A DNA stretch of 57,924 nt, filler included, from Sphacelaria rigidula (Eukaryota): the NCBI GenBank assembly GCA_964200075.2. It is 6 parts of 6 records of this genome, joined end to end, with 100 filler letters (N's around TTAATTAATTAA, not from the genome) between each part and the next. Parts side by side here need not be neighbours in the genome. Positions count along the whole stretch, not along the records: positions 48,355 to 57,924 come from CAXNAA020008188.1; 5 more parts are not named here. The stretch is one strand, 5' to 3'. Below, piece after piece: positions 50,940 to 57,924 of the stretch. The notes under the pieces were generated by a model. That model made no database searches and was not told the origin of the DNA. It saw only the letters and a list, made by a program, of their open reading frames with translations. Numbering within the stretch: the stretch's first letter is position 1; the number at the start of each line of letters is the position of its first letter. The position numbers were made by a program, and so were the translations under genes.

Positions 50940-51043
50940 TGTTGCTGCTGCCCCCCGCGGGCCTGATCAGCCTCCGCCTCCTTGCGGATATCATCCAGAG
51001 TCTTCGCCTTCTCCTGCTTGCGTCGTGGTGTCCAGTTATGCCT
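50940..51043 (-). CDS. EIF4G: eIF4G, exon following the MIF4G domain
   Basis: gaAG|RHNWTPRRKQEKAKTLDDIRKEAEADQARGGQQQ CA|GTGAGT. Matches the W..RR....KT...I..EA motif. Confidence 0.82.
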
Positions 51044-51941
51044 CTTCAAAAGTCAAAAACAATGAATAAAAAAAAAGGGTGGTGGACAGGAGGAGGTCGG
51101 GTTAAGTCCGTGAGGTATGAAATCGTCTTGCCTCGAATTCAAAATAAATTAATGACAAATCAAAGTACAGCAAGGGGAGTCCCAATAAAATGCGGTGTGT
51201 CACCAGCCCGGCATCACTGCACTATACCGGGACCTCCCACTGCGCCAGCCCGGCATCACTGCAAAAAAATCATGAGTTGACAGTACCAAAAAGCGGATGG
51301 GATTCGTGACGAGTGAAATCGGCCGCATTTAAATGGGACTCCACCGTAATTACAGCAAGCCAGAGGGAGTAGGAGGTGAACGACGCCGGCCCAAACTTGT
51401 ACGCTACAATCAAACACAAGCTCATCAGGAAAAAACAAAGGAAGGGGTGCTTTATTGTGCTCGGTAGGGCACGATTTTTCTTGAACCCAGGGTATTTACC
51501 CAGGTATCACCCGCACTCGACAGCTCTGTGAGTTATGTCAGCCTCTCATATCGGTGCCGGACAGTTCTGTGGGATCTGTACGATTTTTACCCTTACCCGC
51601 GGTACGAGTATACGGTACCCTTGTGAAAATATCCGGTTGCGGGTACGGGTTTCTGTTCAACCTCGATACCGTATCTGATAGGTTCTGTGAGTTACGTCAA
51701 AAATCAAGCATGCTACCGAACATACCTGTACCCTACAAAACACAACTTTGCAAGAATGAACATGACCCCTCTCAAGTTCCACGATATACCACACCACACC
51801 ACAACCGATGCGTACATACACAGGTAATATACCCCAACTTCATCCGTCCCCCTTCCGACCGTACTTCATGATATGTCATCTCATACACACCTCTCGTCTG
51901 CTCGCAAGAATGTAAAAAAAGGTGTGACACGTGGCTCTCAC

Positions 51942-52100
51942 CCTCAGTTCGTCCAGGTCTCGTATCATGAACCTCAAGCGAGAGTTGATCTTTGGATTGT
52001 TGCCGTGCCGTCCCAGCATGCGGAACACCTCCTGCAAGTAGGAATGGTTCCGTTCCGTGTCCAACCTGGAACCGATCGTCGCCATCAGCTTGCCCAGAGC
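51942..52100 (-). CDS. EIF4G: eIF4G MIF4G domain exon
   Basis: AG|ALGKLMATIGSRLD...KINSRLRFMIRDLDELR|GTGAGA, phase 0/0. Confidence 0.9.
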
Positions 52101-52599
52101 CTTGAGTTTTGATCGATATGAAATCGAAATCAAAAAGATATTGTTCAAAACATGGAGCGATAAGGTAAACACATACATAAGCACAAATGAAGCGAAAGTC
52201 CAAATATATACCGAAGGTGCGTTGGCAGAGCAGAACCGTTCCGAACCCGAAAATGGAGAATGTAGATTTACATATGACACTTTATGGGTAAGATACAGGC
52301 TGGGCCGCATAAGAAGCTCACTTTTATTCAGCCCATTCTAACTGACCATGTACCGCGAGCTGTGCCAACTATGACACATCGTGGTTATCGGCGAATCAGC
52401 GCGTGTCGTCGAATCCATGTAGCACAGCGATCCGACAAGGTCTCATCAAACGAGGTACCAAACTGTAGTCAAGAGCGAAAGTGTAGAGAGTTGAGGGTAC
52501 TATGCGCGGCGGAATTAGCCAAAATGAAACGGCTGAGATTGGATTTTGGTTTACAGTCAGTTTTGTACCGCGTGGTGCCGCACGAGCTGTTGCAAAATT

Positions 52600-53130
52600 C
52601 CCGAGCTTGATACTTCGTCGTTTTCGATGAAATTTTGGCATGGTGTACAGGACGTATGTGCTAACACCCTTTTGTTCCTCCCGTGTGTTTTCTTTTATTC
52701 TCCGTGAGTTATTAGCGACGGAACATTTCAAAACAGTTTTCGGAATAAAATTGTCGGTAACTCACGCAAAAAAAACAAGAACAAAAAACACAGGAGGAAA
52801 GGTTTGGTATTCGCACATACGTCCTGTACATCGTGTCAAAATCTCATCGAAAACAGCTTAAAATTGAACAGCATGAATGCGTTTGAACTATTCGTAACCG
52901 GTCCACCTCCATATACCATAGGAACCGGTTGTCGACGTAATGGCGCATATTCTTCGCTCAATTTTGGATCGTTTTCGATGAAATTTTGACATGATGTACA
53001 GGACGTATGTGCGAATACCAAACCTTCCATCCCCCCCCTTTTTTTGTCCTCCGTGAGTTATCGGCGACGAAACATTTCAGAACAAGTTTTTCGGAACAAA
53101 ATTGCCAATAGCTCATGAAGGAAAAAGAAA
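52600..53130. repeat. Alternating inverted repeat array (foldback/MITE-like)
   Basis: ttttcgatgaaatttt..catg.tgtacaggacgtatgtgc at ~52621 and ~52972, with reverse complement at ~52805-52853 and a relative at ~53718-53790. Confidence 0.75.
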
Positions 53131-53658
53131 CACATAGAGACCAACGAAGACCAAATAGCACGGCAATGACGACGGTCCAGAGAAGTGGGGGGTGGGGGAT
53201 GAACCCCCCCGATGAGGGGTGCCGTTATGTCATGTAGTTTTTGTCTTGATACACCTAGTAGGTTTATACGTATGGCTGCCCCTCGAGAGGCCGCAAGATG
53301 GAACGTTGCGATTCATAGTTCTTTAACTCTTCGGGTGGCGGTATTTGGGACCTTGAGTCTCGCCCGTAGTCGGACCCTGTGTTTATTTCTACTTGTCGCG
53401 CGTCGAGTTGCAAACCCGAGTGCCACCGCCTGAAGTCCGGATGGCCACGTGCGGCACCGGATCTTCTGAGGTTAGCCATATGTACTCCCTTTCTTTATTA
53501 TTTACTCCTCTTTAGCTTGTATCGCGTTTTGAGAGTTTTGAATCTGGGTCTGTTCTGTTCTTCAGTTTTTTTTGTAGCCTGTGACCACGGAAGGCGTCCG
53601 CATCAGATGCCCAGTACGAATGTACCGCGCAGATATCGGAACGGTTTTTAATGTGAAG

Positions 53659-53703
<45 letters not shown>
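53659..53703. repeat. (ACA)n microsatellite, probable retroelement tail
   Basis: Follows a tgtgaccacgg-containing 3'-UTR-like sequence. Confidence 0.85.
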
Positions 53704-54958
53704 GGGGATGAACGGTTGGGTATTCGCACATATGTTGTGTACACCGTGTCAAAATTTCATTCAAAATGATCCAATATTGAGCGAAGAATATGCGTTCCAA
53801 CACTCCTGGTGGCTTTTTGGGCGGCCCGGCTCATATAGATGTTTTTCTGCGCGTGTTCATGATCCGCCGACCAAAACGTTGCACCACTTCAAGTTCAGGA
53901 ATTCCAAGATGACAGATTCGTGCATCGAACTTGAAGTGACGTTTTTTTCCGATGACGAAAGCTCGCATGCGGGAGTTTGTAAATCGCCAGTTTTCCATCC
54001 TCGGTTCCCAAAAGGTTAAAATCGGCGCGCCTAGGTAGACGTCGTTCCAAGTAAGAAATGCCAGTTATGCTGAACGCTGGGAGGCACCTCGGGACTGGCG
54101 GTCAGCCCTTTGGCCCTTTTAAAATCTCAAATTGATGTTTTTCATCCTTTGACAGTATCAGGTACGCTTCAACTCAGACCTTGTTCGTTCAACCTCTAAA
54201 TATCAAGCATGTTTCTCTCGTACTTTTCAACCGTGCCGTACAAATTTGATGACAATTTCGCGGTGAGCGCAACCGCCATCGTAGTCAACAAACCCTGGAC
54301 AAAAGATCAAACTGTCAAAAAGTGTAGTGGGTACAGTATGGGATCTCTTGTCTACTGTGATTTACACAATTGTAAATACTGTACGCAGAACACTTTTAAT
54401 ATTCTATCCTATTGCCCGGGCTGTGATAGGCCGACAGTAAAAGGTGTATTGTAGTCACTGTCTGCGACCACAATGCGACAAAATATCATTTTCTTTCATC
54501 TACTGTTGAGACTGTCGTGTATGCATCTATAGAAGTTGGGTCAGAGAAGTCTTCGGTGGTTGAAAGTGGCATGAACTTCCGTACAAATAACATCGCGTGA
54601 ATAAAATAAAAAACACAAAAAATTGTTTTGACTACAAGGGGGAAAAAAATGGAACAGAAGAGCACGAACTACAGGCTGGTTCACAGGAAAAGAAAAAACA
54701 CTCATCGGCAAAACTTCACGCCGTTTCAAGGAGTTAGACCCTCAAATTTTGCACAGATGTTCCACGGGTCATCACGCAACTCTCCAAGGTCTCGAGTTTT
54801 TTTTGTACTTCTTGACTTTGTCACCGTTTTTCTGGGGAAACTTCGATCCAGTCGGGCCCAAACGGTGGAAACGAAAAAATTCGCAAAACCTCGTCTACTC
54901 ATAGTTGCGTGATGACCCATAGCACAGTTGTGCAAAATTTCGGGGTTCAACTCCTCAA

Positions 54959-55077
54959 CCCTTTTGGAACCCATTGACGATTTCTGTTTTTGTGAATCGT
55001 CATCATTTTCAGTCATCTTCAAGTCAAAAATGATGCCGATTCACAAAAACAGAAATCGCCAGTGGGTTTCAAAAGGG
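54959..55077. mobile_element. Short piggyBac-type MITE
   Basis: TCAA|CCCTTTTGGAACCCA ... TGGGTTTCAAAAGGG|TTAA. Confidence 0.75.
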
Positions 55078-56327
55078 TTAAAAAAACAGCGTGAAGTTTC
55101 TTGCCTCCGTGCGATGATCCTTGAGGTGCCATGGTGAAACGGCAGACTACTACATTTTAGTATGAAAATGGCGTTTTCGGGCCTTTTTGAGGTGAACATG
55201 AATATTCAAGACCCAGCGAATCGAGTTCCGCGTCGAAACTTTATGAAGTTCTTCTGTGGTTCTTGCGGCAACAGAGCGTTTGCGAAAAAACGAGAGAAAA
55301 AAAGTGCCGTTTTTCCGCGGTGCCAGAATAGACGACTTCGAAAAAAACACATAGATCCCGCCTGTTGGACCGCGAAAAACGGTAAAAAAAATCAAGAATT
55401 AGAAAAACCTCGTTGATTGAAACTCGCGTAATGATTTATGGCACAATTGTGCAAAGTTTCAGGGTCTAACTTTTGATAAATGCGTGAAGATTTGCGCGTT
55501 TGTGTGAAGAGGTGAGCTTAAAACGTGCAAGCTTTTCACTACTTCGTTCGAGTATAAAAACATTTTCTAGGGTGAATTCTACGTGAAGGCAGGAGAAATT
55601 GTATTAGATTTTGGATTTTCTTCACCAAACTTCGTACATGTGTTCCTTGCACCATCCCGGGACGGATCATGTCAATCTTTTTCCTTTTGAGTAATTTGGT
55701 ACCGCCTTTCGGGGGTCTTCGTACTGGGACCCTAGGAAGCCGGTAGAGAACGGAGAAACTTTGAGACCTCGAAAAAAACACGAACTTTTTCATGTGGAGC
55801 ATCAATACCCACGGAACTGCCAAGTTTGAGGATGATCTGAGCTTTTTTGCAACAGGTATAAGGGAAATCATCACGAGGATTCCCGAGTCTTCCCTGCATA
55901 TCATGGGTGTAAATTAGACGACGCCAAAATCCACATCAACGAAACATTACGGTTTGGGGTGTAATTCGATCCCGTTGGAAACGTTTTCGAATCCGCTTCT
56001 CCGCTTAGATTCTCGAGGTGATGACGGTCACTACGATTTGAAGCATGTAGAGACTTGGTGGAAATTGGGCTTGGAAGTCATATTTTTCAATTTCGGAACA
56101 GTTTGGAAGGCGCTGATTGATCGAGACACACTTTCGTCCATCGCGCCACCGCTTTAGCCTTGAACAAGAATCCGATTTTGCTACCCTCTTCGTCCAATCA
56201 TTGCGGTCAGTATGATACCATGTATGCGACTATTGGGTGCGTATTGCAGAGGGCATTTGGTGATGACAGACTTTGGGTTTTTTTCCGCGAACCAGCCTGG
56301 ATTATCGAAGTTGTTTCTTCTTGTTAC

Positions 56328-56510
56328 CTCGAGGTTCATCTCGTCCACCTCGGCACTCTTGAAGCGGAACGCCTTGAGCACTCCGTTTTCCATCTCTCGA
56401 GTCGTGTTGAGCAGCGTCTCGACGCACGTCTTCATAACGTTTTCCTTCAGCATAGTCTTCTTGTACAGCTCTCCGATGAACTGGATATTGCCCAGCATGC
56501 GTCGCTTCGC
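56328..56510 (-). CDS. EIF4G: eIF4G MIF4G domain exon
   Basis: cAG|AKRRMLGNIQFIGELYKKTMLKENVMKTCVETLL...DEMNLE|GTAAC. Contains the RRxLGNIxFIGELxK signature. Confidence 0.93.
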
Positions 56511-56911
56511 CTGTTTGTCCGTTCAAACAAAATGAAAAAGTGAATGAAAGATGCAAAAAATCAGCGCGCAGGGGAGGCGGGGTACAAGCCATCCAGCTTT
56601 GAAAAGATATTAGCTTTGAAACCGCATCACTTTTGAGCTCGGAGGCGCCTCACGTCAGACTACGCTTTCGTAATGCGGCCATATCACGCTTCCCCCCCAT
56701 CGACTGTTCGCCTCACCTATGGTAAAGGGATCACATCATACTACAGCAGTGCGCCCGAGATGACAGGGTTTTGAATTTGTACCGCAACAATGGGGCGAGG
56801 GCCATGAGAAATAGATACAGCGAGGGGGTTTACATGGTGAGACACCCATGAGGCAGTGTATACAGGCTGGGCCAGCGTACAAGCGGATTTGTACTTTGCA
56901 GGCGAATTCGC

Positions 56912-57108
56912 AATTTTTTTCTTCAAGTTAGAAAGTGAAATTTGGTACGGACAATCAACAGGGTATGAAGAAAAGCTGAATGTGAGGTCCCAACGATTTT
57001 TGCCTTTCACTACCGAAAAAAAAATCGCCGGGACCTCACAGACAGCTTTCCTTCATGCCCTGTTGATTGTCCATACCAAATTTCACTTTCCAACTCCAAG
57101 AAAAAGAG
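56912..57108. repeat. Long imperfect hairpin
   Basis: gaaagtgaaatttggtacggacaatcaacagggtatgaag..tgtgaggtccc pairs with gggacctcaca..cttcatgccctgttgattgtccataccaaatttcactttc. Confidence 0.85.
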
Positions 57109-57924
57109 TGCGATTTTACAATTTACCTTTGAAACACCGAGGCGGCGTAAATTCGGAACATTATTTTGCAGGCCGTTTATCGGCCCACGTTTGGTGTTTC
57201 CGGGTTGAAACTTTGTGCAGGACCTTCCTAGGTCGTGATGAACCAAGAAAAAAAAGGTGAGCTTGGGTTTTATTTCATTTTCTTCATTGATTGAGGGCGT
57301 TTTACTATAGTAACAATCATTTTTTTCACGACAACGCCCGAACCTTGTCAAAATAAAAAAAATGAAGTTTTTTTTTTACTCGGCATAACTGTGCCGTTTT
57401 ACCTACCAAATTTGATAGCGTAACCATCAAAAACTGAGGCGCGATATCCAGATTCAGGTAATCTAGTGCCTCTGCTCGTAATATACTGATTTTAGTATGG
57501 AACCTTATGTGCGCCATTTCTCGAGAAAGATAACGAATTAGGTGAAAGTGAGGGTATACATCGTCCCCCCGTGCTCCAGGAAAGGTCTACACCAAAAAGT
57601 GTCATCATCCGCTTGATCGATCGTTCGGGGTTTCATATGGATTTTAGTGTGGACGCTATCTCCGCTAGGTTTAGGAATTACTTTACATGGGGTTTGCTTG
57701 ACGAGGAAAAAATGGCCCATATTTTTGAGCAGATGGGCACCTTCCCCTTGATTAGACGGTTAGTATGATATGCGGATCACGGCCCAACTCGTCTGTGTCG
57801 TTGAGATATCGCTTCGAGAGCTCAAATCTTTTCTTAGGCTGGCCCAGCTCGTAAGTCATGGCTGTCTCTGGAAGTGGCGATACCACAGAATAAAGCAACT
57901 CATTGGAGGCTGTCATCCAAATGC

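Overview
Eukaryotic, intron-rich, repeat-dense DNA, most likely a brown alga (Phaeophyceae; inferred from gene structure and protein style). The window is not one locus. It is six unrelated, size-sorted contigs (1-9571, 9672-19242, 19343-28913, 29014-38584, 38685-48254, 48355-57924) joined by artificial 100-bp spacers (N44-TTAATTAATTAA-N44). The supplied ORF track is mostly noise. The real genes are spliced and were rebuilt by hand from GT-AG sites and phase: an M32 carboxypeptidase (3 exons, targeting-like leader), the 3' end of a lipin/PAH1, an isolated class III ADH exon, glucosidase II alpha (5 exons) and eIF4G MIF4G exons (3). The rest is largely transposable-element debris: a decayed chromodomain Ty3/Gypsy, a Copia-like LTR plus gag, LINE 3' ends, a tRNA-derived SINE family, and several MITE families (piggyBac-, hAT- and 4-bp-TSD types). 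No prokaryotic-type system, CRISPR array or rRNA is supported. The most interesting observation is a head-to-head inverted duplicate of the putative M32 first exon that keeps its frame, ATG and splice donor.
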